A stretch of 64,000 nucleotides of DNA. Origin: Vitrella brassicaformis CCMP3155 (lineage: Eukaryota > Protista > Chromerida). The stretch covers positions 1 through 64,000 of the forward strand of contig CDMY01000520.1 of NCBI GenBank assembly GCA_001179505.1. The letters are read 5' to 3'. Made by a program: the position numbers and the translations under genes. The notes under the pieces are model-generated. The model was not told where the DNA came from. It ran no database searches and saw only the letters and a list, made by a program, of their open reading frames with translations. How positions within the stretch are numbered: position 1 is the first letter of the stretch; the number at the start of each line of letters is the position of its first letter. Shown piece after piece: positions 26,259 through 38,648 of this stretch.

Positions 26259-27979
26259 ATGCATCATCTTCGATTGGTCCTCTGCCGGTGTGCGTTCGTT
26301 CTCGGCGGACCGCGGAGTCCTTCAGCCGTCAGGTGTGAACAGACCCACGAGGAGTCCGGAGAGCTTGCGGACGCACACGGAGAGGGCGAGAAGGAGCTGT
26401 CCTATCAGCTGCGAGTCCACAGCGTGAAACTGGCCCTCGAGGGAAGCGGTGCCGGCGAGGTTACCAGGCGATTTGGGCACCTGTGGAAGGCCAGGGCCAA
26501 GAGTGAGTCGCTTGTCAACGCCGACATCGACTTTTCGATTCGGCGGGTTGGGTGGGAGCAGACGGCCGATGTGGCAGAGACTGAGTGGTGGCGGGCAACG
26601 CTGAAGCAGCAGGGCAATGTCGGGCTGACTTCACTCAGGCACATGGAGATATGCATCGAAACAAAAGGTAAGACAAAGAGAAACACACACGCACACAACC
26701 AGACGGACGGACGGACCGACGCAACATGAACATGTCCGAGTCCGTCCTTCTTTGCTGCTTGTTTTGCCTTACTGCAGGGTCTGCGAAGCTCATAAGCCCT
26801 CCCTCTCCCTCCGAAGAATCCTCCCATCCACCGGGCAAGTCGGCATCGGAGGAAAAAGAAGAATCCATCGAGCCCAGGTCGCAGGAGCACTATCGCACCG
26901 GGCCTCTAATGGAGTACAAGGACTCCGACTTCGACCAGCTGCCCCTATTCAACGCCTGGCAGGTCGCCGGCGCGCGGGTCCACGCTCTCTTGGACGTCAC
27001 CGGCGTGCTCGGCAGCAGGACCGCCGTCGACGACGAGAACTCGCTGGTCGATGCTGCCAAGGCAGGGGCCAAAGTCAGGGTCAGTGGGCGGCTGTACTTG
27101 CGGCCAAGATGGGCGTCTGAGCGCCGGCAAGACGACAGGAAGACCGCAGACAAGAAGGGGGCAAGGCGGGATGGGAACACGGAGGGGGAGGTCCCGTCGT
27201 CAGACCGCGAGTCTTCCCGCGTTTGGGTGGACGAGGGCACCGTCAACAGCTCGCTCGAGAGCGTGGAGAAGAAGATGCCCATGGCCGCTCGGCCAATTGC
27301 CTCGGAGCTCTACATGATGGTCATGAAGGCAATCGGAGAGGACGATGACACACTGGAGGAGATGGTTGAGCTGGACAGGCGGACCCTCTGCGAGCAGGCC
27401 CACGCGAGGAGCCTCCTCTACCTCAAGCAGCACCCGCCCGCCAACTTCCACCAGCTGGTCGATGTGTCACCCTGGAACGCCCCTTTTGCCGTCGTCCGCA
27501 ACGTTCGCGAGTCTCTCCAGCTTGCCGAGTCGTCCATTGCGTCGAATGCCGGCCTGGCGGGCCTCCTGCCCACACCCGAGCTGCAGTGGGCGTTCTCCCA
27601 TGGCCTGATCGATCGCGTCATGTCCCGGGCTGACATGAAGATAGCAGCTTGCACCCCGCCACCCACCACCCAAGAGCACGTGGACGCCATCGTCGAGTCG
27701 GCGTCGACCAAGGTGCTGCATGAGTACTTCCCCGCCTACCCGATATGCGAGCATCCGTTGCTGACGAGGGTGAGAAACAGGGCGAAGCAGCTGCTGGCTG
27801 CCAAGAAGCCGCCATCGCTGGCGTGGGTGGCGCTGCGGCAGGCTGCAGCCATCGCGCTGATGTCGGCGGTGCCAGAGGAGGTTCGGGAGTGGCTGCGGGC
27901 GAATGTGGGAACCCCAATTCCTGCCTATGCGCCCTATGGCGATCAGCTTGATGGCGATGATGGATGGGTGCCGACATAG
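26259..27979 (+). CDS. Hypothetical protein (2 exons, about 540 aa), possible N-terminal organellar targeting peptide
   Basis: Two long GC3-rich ORFs (26259-26669 and ~26779-27979) joined by a GTAAG...CAG intron; no domain recognised. Confidence 0.7.
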
Positions 27980-28401
27980 ACGAAAGGATGGGATGGGATG
28001 GGGCAGACGGCTGCGGCCGGCTGGATGTCATATCGACAGACACTCGTCAGTCAGGAACGACTCGTCGTGGTCGATAGATTGGTGCGTCTGGGTGGGGTGG
28101 GGAGTTTGAGGAGTGAGAGTGAGGCGGTGGATGGATGGATGGATGGGGTCTTCAGGGATGGATGGGGCAGAGATTTGTGCCGATAGACTGACTGACAGGG
28201 TAGGGTCTGCGTATTTTTGCGTGGCAGGGCAGTAGGTAGGTAGGTGTATGTATATCGGACGGACCCATTTGTGTTCATCGTAGCCATGCAAGTGTGTTCA
28301 ACACTCTGTGTGTAAATGCCATCCATCCACTGCTATCATATGCACACGAGTCCTCACACCAAAATGGGACATACACTGCCTGCGTGCCTGCCTGCCTGCC
28401 G

Positions 28402-30023
28402 CTAGGCTGCCTCAACTGCTTTCTGGCCGTCCTGTGTGGCGATATTGGCTCGATGAATCCGGTCCAACATATGCACCCCAGCCAACACAGGGGGATACCT
28501 GACACACACGCGCGCACACAGCAGACAGACCGATCAAACGAGTGAGGTACATCGACACGGTTGGGTGTGTGTGTGCGCGCACGCACTTTGGGTGGTCGGC
28601 GTTGACCAGTGGGGTGAGGGGCGTCTCAAAGTTGCAGCAGCAGAAGTAAGCTATCGAGTACCGGTGCTCTGCGGTCGGATTGCGGGCACGGTGGACGGTC
28701 GACTTGAACCTGCCGTTACTCCACCTGGCCAGCATGTCACCTGAAGAACAAACATCTCACACGCATCGCTTCCACAGAAAAGACATCCCCGGACGGACCG
28801 CTATGTGTGGTGTTTGTCGCCGACCGATGTTCACAACGAAGTCCGTGCCGTTGGGTGGCACGGCCACCCACTCGTTGTCGTCGTTCATTATCTCTAACCC
28901 AGGCACGCCATCCTGCGCCTGCACGCAGACATCCAACACACACACACACACATGAGATATATAACCAGGAAAGAAACAGCGAAACACACCAGTAAAGTAA
29001 AACACTCGTAGTCGGTGTGGGCGCCGATGCCGAGCTGGCGGGGGTGACTGCCGCTGTACGGGGGATAGTGCAGGCAGTTCATCGAGTTCATCGGCTCGGT
29101 GATGAAGGGGCCGAAATGGTCCTCAGGCAGGCCGAGAAAGAGGGCGATGAGTCGGTACATCCTCAGCGCCACCTCCCACACCCGCCTGTAGTAGCAATCG
29201 ATCACATCCCGCCAGGCAGGCAGGCCATCCGGAAAGACGTTCGGGGCGAATAGCGTTGCTGAACAGACCCCCACACAAGAAAGCGCTCCTGCAAAAACAG
29301 CGGCAGCAGTGCCCCACGCACATGCGTACCGTGATAGTGGGGATGGGACTCGCTGAGCTCCGTTCCCATCGTGAAGACCTTCAAGGCAAAGGGCGAGAGA
29401 GAGAGAGAGAGAGATCCTCGCTGTCTGGCAACGCGCTCCATGTGTGCACACCTCTTTGTAGTCGAGTGGCAGGCCGTCCTCGCCCAGCCGCACGCCCTCA
29501 TCGTCAGAGGCTTCGTGCGGCGCTTGCCCTTCGTCTGCTGCTGTTGCTGCGGCTTCTGCGGCTCGCTGGTCGGCTGCATCGATGCCGTAGTTCCCTTGCT
29601 CGAACAGACCTGACTCGCAACCACGACAAAGAGGTGCATATTTGTGCGTGTGTGTGCATGCGTAAGTATCTCCGTGTGTGTGTGTGTGTACCGATGTAGC
29701 CCCGCACGCCGCCTGTCTTGGACGTGTGGATCTTCATCTTGTCTTCCATCGGCAGCGCGAAGAAGGTCTTCAGTGCCGAGAAGACCGCTGCGAACTCATC
29801 GTCCGCTATGCCATGGCCTCTCAAGTAGAAGAACCCAACACTCTCAGCTGCCAGGGAGGGACGCAGTGAGAACAGCAGATGCATCAAAATTGATGATCAA
29901 ATCAGATGCTCCAGTGGGTGGAAGCGTGTGTTGTGTCATCTGCTCACCTGCGTCCTTGAGTTTGTTGCATGTGGTTGAGGGATCTTCTGACAGATCGATG
30001 ACGGGGATGCTCTGCCACCCCAT
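28402..30023 (-). CDS. 2-oxoglutarate/Fe(II)-dependent dioxygenase, isopenicillin N synthase (DIOX_N + 2OG-FeII_Oxy) family
   Basis: MGWQSIPVIDLS, AAESVGFFYLRGHGI, VRGY, PNVFP, LHYPP...GIGAHTDYECFTLL (HxD), QDGVPGLEI...WVAVPP...[23 protein letters not shown] (distal His), RYS (2OG binding); last exon KYPPVLAGVHMLDRI...AA*. Confidence 0.93.
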
Positions 30024-30038
30024 CTGAGGCAGATCTAT

Positions 30039-30050
30039 GCGAGCTTTCTC
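30039..30050. promoter_or_regulatory. GCGAGCTTTCTC motif in a 100-bp bidirectional promoter
   Basis: 12-bp identity with 3272-3283; lies between ATGs at 30023 (-) and 30124 (+). Confidence 0.5.
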
Positions 30051-30123
30051 CGATGGCCCGACTGATCAACCTGGCTTGGCCACGATTATGTGTTCATCCA
30101 TCGCACAGAGCCGCCCGGCAGCC

Positions 30124-32467
30124 ATGGAGGCGCCATTACAAGCTGCTTCCCCTCGGGAGAAGGTGTCGATGAGCTCTCCGCGCAAGCAGACGGTGCTGCG
30201 GCCATTGCTGTGGCAGCGGGGATGGCTGGGGAGGATGAAGGAGGACAGCCAAGAAGACACACAGGAAGAGGAGATACCGGAGGAGCTGCCAGACGATGCA
30301 GACGGCCGCAGTGATGGTGTTGATCTGGAGCTTGGGATACATCATGGGCCGTCCGCTGGATCTGTCAGCCCCACGCCATCGATTATGCCGGCAGATGGAC
30401 TGCAGTGCCGCGGCGAGGCTGATGCAGATGACCTGCGCTCGGAAGACATGTCGCGGAGGGAGAGCGACCATGTCAAAAGCGGTCTGTGCTGTGTGCACAT
30501 GCCATGTTTGTGGTTGTATGTCCCTGTGCAGGACAGTCAGTGTGAGGATCTGCTGATGTGGCGGGCAGAGTGGGGGGACGCGCACGAGGACATCAGGACA
30601 CACATCGGCGCCTTCATCACCAATCCGGTGCACGTGGACCTTCTGGCGACTCGCATACTCAAGACCATCCGACACGTGACTTGACGTGCACCAAACACAC
30701 ACACACACAGGCAGACACCCTTGCAGCTGCACATCGCCTTGCTCTCCCTTTTTCTTTGCCGTTCCAGCGCTCGAATGGCGTGCAGAGTCGCGAGGTTGCT
30801 CCCTCACTGGATGCATCCATTTCGTCATCAGTCGCCATCGATAGGTTCAGGAAACAGGCACAGAGCGCCCTGCAGGTGTGGTGTGGTGTTCTGTGGTGTG
30901 GGGTTGCGCACTGAAGGCACTGCACACACACAACCAACTCCCTCTTTGTGTGTTTGCAGCGTCAGCGACTCCATGCGCTTGCAGAGCAACTGGACGACAA
31001 GGACGGCCTTATCGATGACCTGAACCGACAACTACAGAGACTCAACGACGTGGGCCACCAGCACACGGCACACGCAGCACAGGCATCTGATCTCGTTCCA
31101 TTTGTTCTCTTCAGGAGAAGCTGGCCGTGCACAGGAGCCTCGAGGGCGCCCTGAGGGAGCGACGTGATCTAGAGGGCGACCTCACGGAGGCCGACAACAC
31201 TATCGAAGACCTCAATCGCAAAGTGCAGGTACTTACCACCCACGTTCGCACAAACACAGTTGCGTGTCTCTGTGGGCGTGTCGCTGTCAGGATCTGACGG
31301 AGGAGCTGAGAGCACGAAGGACAGATGCAGGGATGCGTACGGCAGCAGATGAGAGACACACATGGGAAAGTCGGCTATCTGCCCGATGGCGGCAGCAGGG
31401 TGGTGACCGATGGCCGCCATCAGGCCGACATGACATCGCAAAAGAGGAAGAAACCGCTTGGTAACAAAAGGGCGGACGGGCCGACCCTCCGGAATGACTT
31501 TGTGCGTTTGTGCTTTGTGTGTGGGGGTGTGTGTGTGCCTTTGTGTGTGTGTTCAGTGCTGTAGTGCAGTTGGAGAGCGAGAATGCCGCTCTGCAGTGTC
31601 GGCTGGACGCAGTGGTGCGGCAGCACGACCAAGACCGGCACACATACCAAGAGATCAAACACAAGGTCAGTAAGACGAGCCTCCGCCTTCATAAGATCGA
31701 ATCAATGGGCGTCGTGTCGTCGTGCAGAATGATGACCTGTTGAGGCGGATAGCCGAGTACGAGGGCGTCTCCTCTCCCCGCGCACTCACCACCGAACCGA
31801 GACAGCCAGCTGCACTGACGTGCGTGCGCACAAAGGACACATCAACGGACCACTCTTCTTCTTTCCTCTCGGTTTGTGTGCAGATGTGGTCGGCCGTCGC
31901 TGCATCGGGAGCTGTCGGATGCCGTCGATGCAGCCACACCGAGGGCCCCACCACCAGAGAACCGACAGCCACGCACTGAGGTGGACAAGGCAGTGCAAAC
32001 AGATGGAGAGGAGAAGGTCAGATCGACACAGAAGGTCAGCTGGCGGAGACAGATAGTCTCGAAGGTGTGTCATGCAGAGTGGTGGTGGTGGTGGGTACCT
32101 CCGGTTGCCCCGTGCCAGCGAGGCGGCGAGAGCGGAGCTGGAGTTATGGAAGAAGTGAGTGAAACATCATACAGCGGGTGTCTCATCATGAGTATGACAC
32201 ACATGCTTAGTGCAGGCGAGCTTTGGATGCTCAGATGGCACACGCGGAGGCACGACAGACCATCACGGAGCAAGACAAACACGTAGGCACTTGAACATGA
32301 CGCTGCGTGGTTGTTTGCATGCAATTTGCTCGTTTCAGCTTGCCCAGTGGGGGAAGAGGGTTCAAGAACTGGAGAGTGCGCTGGATGTGGCGCAAAGAGA
32401 GCTGGCGGACGAGCAGGCCTCCATGATGCGAAGGAAAGCGAGATGTACCCCTTGCGTGCACCAGTGA
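30124..32467 (+). CDS. Coiled-coil hypothetical protein (many short exons; 3' end uncertain, near a gap)
   Basis: Heptad-rich exons: LAEQLDDKDGLIDDLNRQLQRL, LEGDLTEADNTIEDLNRKVQ, QLESENAALQCRLDAVVRQH, KRVQELESALDVAQRELADE. Confidence 0.6.
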
Positions 32468-32597
32468 CCACCTCTGGTTTGCATGGGATGGAGGCAGATG
32501 GCTGGTCGACAGAGTCATCGATTACGTATCTCGATCAGTGGCGATTGACAAATACACGAAGTCAGTCTCAATGGATGGATTGGTGGGTGGGGGGGGG

Positions 32598-32897
32598 NNN
32601 NNNNNNNNNNNNNNNNNNNNNNNNNNNNNNNNNNNNNNNNNNNNNNNNNNNNNNNNNNNNNNNNNNNNNNNNNNNNNNNNNNNNNNNNNNNNNNNNNNNN
32701 NNNNNNNNNNNNNNNNNNNNNNNNNNNNNNNNNNNNNNNNNNNNNNNNNNNNNNNNNNNNNNNNNNNNNNNNNNNNNNNNNNNNNNNNNNNNNNNNNNNN
32801 NNNNNNNNNNNNNNNNNNNNNNNNNNNNNNNNNNNNNNNNNNNNNNNNNNNNNNNNNNNNNNNNNNNNNNNNNNNNNNNNNNNNNNNNNNNNNNNNN
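32598..32897. other. Assembly gap (300 N)
   Basis: Run of N preceded by a poly-G tract. Confidence 0.99.
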
Positions 32898-33896
32898 AGG
32901 CGTGCCATGTCATGCAGTGTGTGTGTCCTCTCTCCCTACTCCCATGTTGATTGATGCAACACCACTCACGCACTCACTCACTCAGTTACACCTACACACA
33001 CACACACAGAGGCAAGAAAGTCACGGCACACACACACATACAGTGATATATCAGGTAGTGAGTTGGCGTGCATGGCATCGTTGGCCCCCTCTTGCCCGCC
33101 CAGCATGTAGGTATCTGTGTTGTTTGGTTGGCCATGGCTGTACATCCATCAGGTAAGCTATCCTTTACAAACCTTTACAAAGTACAGCAAGGCATCCAGA
33201 ATGAAGCAGCCGAAATGACGAACCCGACAAACACTCGATCCCATCCATGTGCAAACAAACAGGTGGGTAGGCAGCTGGGTACCATGGGCTGGTTGGTGGC
33301 TAAAAGAGCGGGCAGACAGTGACACCGTCGCTCGACGATCTGCTGTGTGTGTGTATGTGAATGCGTGTGCAGGCACTGCACAGCTATGACACCCATCTGT
33401 GTCGGTTAGGTGCGTCTCTCTCTGCTGACAGGTCGATCCGACAAAACTAGGACGAGCTGACTCACGAGGGACTAGTTGTACGCAGGCATAAAGTATATAT
33501 CACTGCACACACAGCACACAATACACGCCACACCCTGACCTGCGTCAACCGACAGACAGGCAGACAGACGCGATGGTCGGGGGTCAGGCCGCCTTCTCTC
33601 TCTCTCTCTCTCTCTCTCTCCCCCGCAAAAATGGCTCATTCCGCCATTCCCGACTAGCCCGCCGATTCACTCATTGACTCAATCAAAGCGACAAGTGTAT
33701 AAAGCAACCCACTATGTATCTGTCGATGCCACCTCTATGCAGTCATGCAAAGGCAAACAAGATCGATCGATGAACATAATTGATTGATAGGCAACGACCG
33801 ACACTCACTCACTCACTCACACACTCCTCTCGCCCACCCCTCTTATCTCCTCTCCCCCCTCATGGACGCGTCCACACGTTCCATCATGCCATTCTT

Positions 33897-35663
33897 TCAT
33901 GGATCAATCCGCTCCATCGCCGACACAAAAGTGCCGCACTCGCTCGTTAATTCGGCCCCGCTGCCGCAGCTGGCACCTCTCCTGCTCTCTCCCTGGGACT
34001 GAGCCGTGCCATTATTGCCACTGACCAACCCCGATGGAAGTGACGGCATTCGGTCGGGCAGCGACAGATCAGGAGGGCCATCGGTCCGCGGCCGGGGGAC
34101 CGCTGGGGACGGCACGAACTCATCCTCATCTCCGTCTTGGTCTTTGCCGTCGGTTTGCTGCCTTACCGCCTCTTGGTCGCCATCGCCGTCCAGTTCGTGT
34201 GGGAGAGAGAGCTGGTATGGGTGCTGCTGGGAGTGGGCCGCCACTGCTGTCGGCAGCATTCGATAGGCACCTGCATACAAAAGGATCGAGCGATGCGACA
34301 CATCTGCCATCTACAGTTGTTTCTCGTGGGGTCACCTCACTCCTTCTCTGACTTACCCATGTCGACCTCTCCATCTGCCGCGCCACAGAGTGGCGTGCTG
34401 TGGTGCGACCAGTCCCCTCTCGAGTAATACCCACCATCACCGCCACGACCCCGCACCAGAGGCCTCTCCGGCCCGTTCGCAGGCGACATCTCGATGAACG
34501 ACACCCCACTAGTGGCCAGCGACCCCGCATCGACCTCCTGCGCCGACCCGACTGCCAGCATGTTGCCACGGCAATGGCCGTTGCTGTCGCCCTCGCCACC
34601 GTCCACCACACGAGAGAGCGCGTCATGGGGCAGGGAGGTTGCGCGGGAGGGTGCGCTGGCGTCGTCTTCATCGAACTCCTGCCCGTTGGTGATGCTGCGT
34701 TGCGAGGGTGAGATGGCCATGATGCCGATGTCGGCTGCCGCCGTGTTGGCGAGGCACATGCCACAGACGAGGGAGAGCCGGGTCGCGGCGGCGTGGGATG
34801 ACCTCAGGGAACGAGGGTCACGCTCTCTGACCTGGTAGGGTGAGATCGATGAGGCATGGCACATGTAATGCATTGAGTGCATTCAGTGTTTCGTCTCACC
34901 ATGGCCGATTCGATGTTGAGGGCGTACGCCGCGTGGAAGCGGATCAGCGTGGCCACACGGGCAGACAATCCGCCGATCACCTGAAAGAGGGAGTGAAGGC
35001 CGGGTGCACGGCCGAAACAGACAGAGGGTGGGTCCATCAGAACACCCACCCACACGGTGCCCCTTCTCCCTTTCTCGTGGCTCACCTGTGCGGCCTCCTT
35101 GAGGCGTGCCTCGGTGGTGCTGCACGCCACACATCCCCTGGCCGATCCCGCCCCGCCGGTCTCCCACTGCAGGGCCTCGGCGCTCGATGTCGTGCGGCGC
35201 GACGACACCTCCATATACCGCTGCAGAGCTGCCCGGGCGTCCCTGAACCAAACGGGATGTGTCAATCCATGTGTGTGTGCGTATGTATCTTTCTTGCTCA
35301 CTTGGGCACTGAGCCGACCAACACGTCTAACTCGTCCTTCAGCCGCCCTCTGCAATCAAACAAAAAGCAGGGACGCATTGAACGGCCGAGACCTGCTTCT
35401 GTCTGTCTGTGCGTGCCAGGCAGCCAGCCAGCCACTTACCTTTCGCTGTCCATATACTCCATATCCCTCACACGAGTCTGCAACGATTCACAAAGACACG
35501 CAACGCCAACTTTTGCCCGCTGCTTTTCTTTATCTGGTGGTCAGCAGCGCACCGCGCAGAAGGGGCAGTCCTCCGGCCGGAAGTCGCCTATCTGGGACAC
35601 AGCGAACGGCAGCCTCGAAGTTTTGAGTTGTGCCTCCTCCTCGGCGGACAAGGCGCCGCCCAT
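33897..35663 (-). CDS. Hypothetical protein with N-myristoylation consensus, two CxxC motifs and a disordered C-terminus
   Basis: In-frame splicing gives MGGALSAEEEAQLK...EDCPFCA|TRVRDMEYMDSE|RGRLKDELDVLVGSVP|KDARAALQRY...GCVACSTTEARLKEAAQ|VIGGLSARVATLIRF..., with consistent intron phases for the first exons. Confidence 0.6.
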
Positions 35664-35852
35664 TGTAGACAGACAGATGAAGGCAGGCCTCCTCACCACT
35701 GAACCTCTGCCCTCCCCTGCAGCGCACACACTAAGGTCTTTCACCCCTCTCGAGGCTAAGCTTGCGCGAGATTTTTGCGAAATGGCCGTTGAGCTCAGCT
35801 CTCTGTGTCCGTTGCGTATTGCAATAGAAAGCATTTCTGGAGAGCAAGTGAG

Positions 35853-36793
35853 ATGTCCTCATCAGCGTTGCCAACGGCCCGAGGCTCTCTCGTCGGTGAC
35901 ACCTCCCAGGCACACAACCAACAGCCGCCTTCAGATCTGGACGAGGGCCCTTATGACTCGCTGATGCAGGTAGGTATCTCTGTCCGCACGAACCAGCCAC
36001 ACACATCTGGCAAGATTGGTCGCCAACGTGGTCTCTCCTGTTCTTCTTTTCCCCCGTTCAGGTCGCTCTGAGTCCGCCAGTGGTCCTTTTGTGCACGGTT
36101 CTGTGCCCCCTGGTGCTGTACCTGTGCCACCTGCTGAGCCGCAAGATGGGCTGCATCGGATCATGCGACGGTGCAGAAGCTGGCCGCTCCCGAAGGAGAG
36201 AGCGGAACGCCAACCACCCCACTCCCCAGAACGCCGTCAGCAGCAGGAGGAGCACCGACCGCCCCACAGCAACTGCTTCTGCTTCTCGCGCCGCCGTCGA
36301 CCCCCTCCCCCCGTCCCTCCCCCTCCCCGCTGTGGCGGCCAGGCAGTCGCCCCGCACTGAGAAGCAGAAGGCCCGGGAAATGCTGACTTACGTCAAGCTG
36401 GAGGTCTTCACCTATGGCGGTTGTGGAGAGGGCGGGGAGGGGGCGGCGTCGTGTCGGTCAGCTGGCGATCCCTCCCCTGCGTCATGCCCGTCGTGTCCAC
36501 CCACCCCCGTGTCAACGTCGCTCGTCCCTGTGCCATCGTTTCGGCGGAACACGCAGGGGCGGAGAGAGAGGCGGCGTGATTCTCGCGAGAGCACGGGTCG
36601 GTCGAGTGAGGGTAGCGAGGTGTGTGTGGTGTGCATGCTGGACCTGAAGGGCGAGGTGTGCGCCAAGACGAGTGTGTGCGGGCATGTGTTCCACGAGGGG
36701 TGCCTGAAGGAGTGGATAGAGAGGGAGCACTGGAGCTGCCCCATCTGCAGGGCAGCACTGCCCACTGTGTCCTTCTCACCTCACGACCTCTGA
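35853..36793 (+). CDS. Transmembrane RING-H2 E3 ubiquitin ligase (ATL/RNF-like topology)
   Basis: Exon 1 MSSSALP...YDSLMQ, intron, hydrophobic VVLLCTVLCPLVLYLCHLL, then RING-H2 CVVC-x13-CGHVFHEGC-x11-CPIC; stop at 36793. Confidence 0.85.
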
Positions 36794-38648
36794 TGTGAGT
36801 GAACGGGGTAGAGAAGAGGGAAAGTCTTTGCCTTTTCATGTCGTCCCGTCTGTCTCTTCTCGTCTCGTGTTGTGATGCGATGCGATTTGTGACCGTGCTT
36901 GTCTGCACGCTTGTTTGTTTGTTGATTGATTCATGAATCGCTTGCTGACTTGGTGGCTTACTTGCCTGTGCGCGTGATTTGGTAATTGGCTATCTATGGT
37001 GGGATGTGCGTGTGAAGGGCAAGGAAGCCTTTCGCTGCCTGTTGGAGCCGTTTTCGTCTGCACACCTACACACACACGTGATCGCATGCTTGTTTGTGCA
37101 GAGGGATGGGGTGGGGGTGGTGTTCATGATGGTCAGCCAGCCAGCCAGCCAGCAGCGTCTTTGTCAGGTGTACAGTTAGTCGATGTCATGTGGGTGCATC
37201 CGGGGTGGGGGCGATGGGCAGCAGCGGTTTCAGGGAGCACCCGCGGCGATCGGGGAGAGCGAGCTGAAATGGCCGAAAAGTGCGTGGATCAATGGGAGGT
37301 GAGGTGGTTGTTTGATAAGGCGGGCTGGTGGGCATCGTGGCGGTTTCTCTCTCTGCTGCCATCGGTGTGTTGGCACATACAAACGTGGGATAGCACTGAC
37401 AGACAGATCGCTTCATGGATGGATGGATGGATGGATGCCATTGGTGATTTTGTGCCACTGACTGTTGGCCAAAGCGTGTTGATAGTCCTATTATCTACTA
37501 CTTGTTCTTCTTCTACTCTTCTAACTCCAAGCAGGTGCATGTCTTGCCACTCACTCAGTCACTGACTTCATGACGGATGGATGGATGGAACACGTGTGTC
37601 ACCGTGTGCGCGCGTGCGTGTGCTCGTGTTGGCTGTAATGGGGGACACCTAGTGTGGATGGACAGAGACAGACAAGTGGGGTGGGTGTGGTCATGGCCAT
37701 GCACATCGAACCAGCAATCCTCTTATGCGACGCTGCAATGGCCAAATCGAGCGGTTGGACTGAATTGGTGGACCTCATTGACCAAACTCGGAGTCCATGA
37801 GGCGCGAGTCTGCGCCCATACAGTGCTCTCTCTCTCTCTTCTCCATCCATCCATCCATTCACTGCAGTCAGTCAGTCAGTCAGTCATGCGGTCAATCAGC
37901 CGAACAGCCAGGCAGGGCTCGCTCACTCACGTCAAAATGGCTGGCGGGGAGGCCTCAGCGCCTCATCGGTCTATAAAAACCACGCCAATAAACACGGCAC
38001 GCATCTGTGCGCCCCTCCGGGGGGGCAGGCAGGCAGACAGGCATCAAGATGGCCCACGAAAGAGCCACAAAAGGAAGGAAAAAGAGGGCCACGGATCTGA
38101 CGTGATGGGATGTGATGTGATGTGACGCGACTACCTACGCGCGTCTGTCTCTGTCGCATCTACGGTCACAATCTCATCTATCTTGAAGCAAGAAAACGCA
38201 CCCAGCGGCCGGGGTGGGTGGAAGGATACGACGACACGACCCTCACTCACACCCACACACCCACACGCATACGAAAAATCGTGACGCGACCTCCCCTCTC
38301 CCTCCCCTCCCCCTCCCCCTTGGTCATTCGGTACGTGTGTGTGGTTTGTGTGTGTATGGGCAGATCAACCGCCTCCCAAAACGCCCTGATGGCCAATTCA
38401 GAAATCCACAACGACACACGACACACGACATACGACACACGACAGGATGAGAGGGAGCAGGTCAAGGCAGCCAGGCAGGCAGACAGACAAGCGTGAGGGA
38501 GGGAGGGAGCGAACAGAAACACATTCAAAAACCCTCACTCCCCTACACCAGTCCCCTCACACCCTCTTCGGTGCTGCTGCCCCACGCGCCACCTGTATGT
38601 GCCTGTCAACGCCCCTTCTCACATGGCCTGCCCTTCCCACTCCCTCCC
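36794..38648. repeat. Microsatellite-rich convergent spacer
   Basis: (GGAT)n, (CAGT)n, (CT)n, (CAGC)n tracts; no supported ORF. Confidence 0.6.

Noticed and set aside
32581-32597. G-rich tract as a G-quadruplex element
   Set aside because: It abuts the N gap and more likely marks a sequencing breakdown at a homopolymer.
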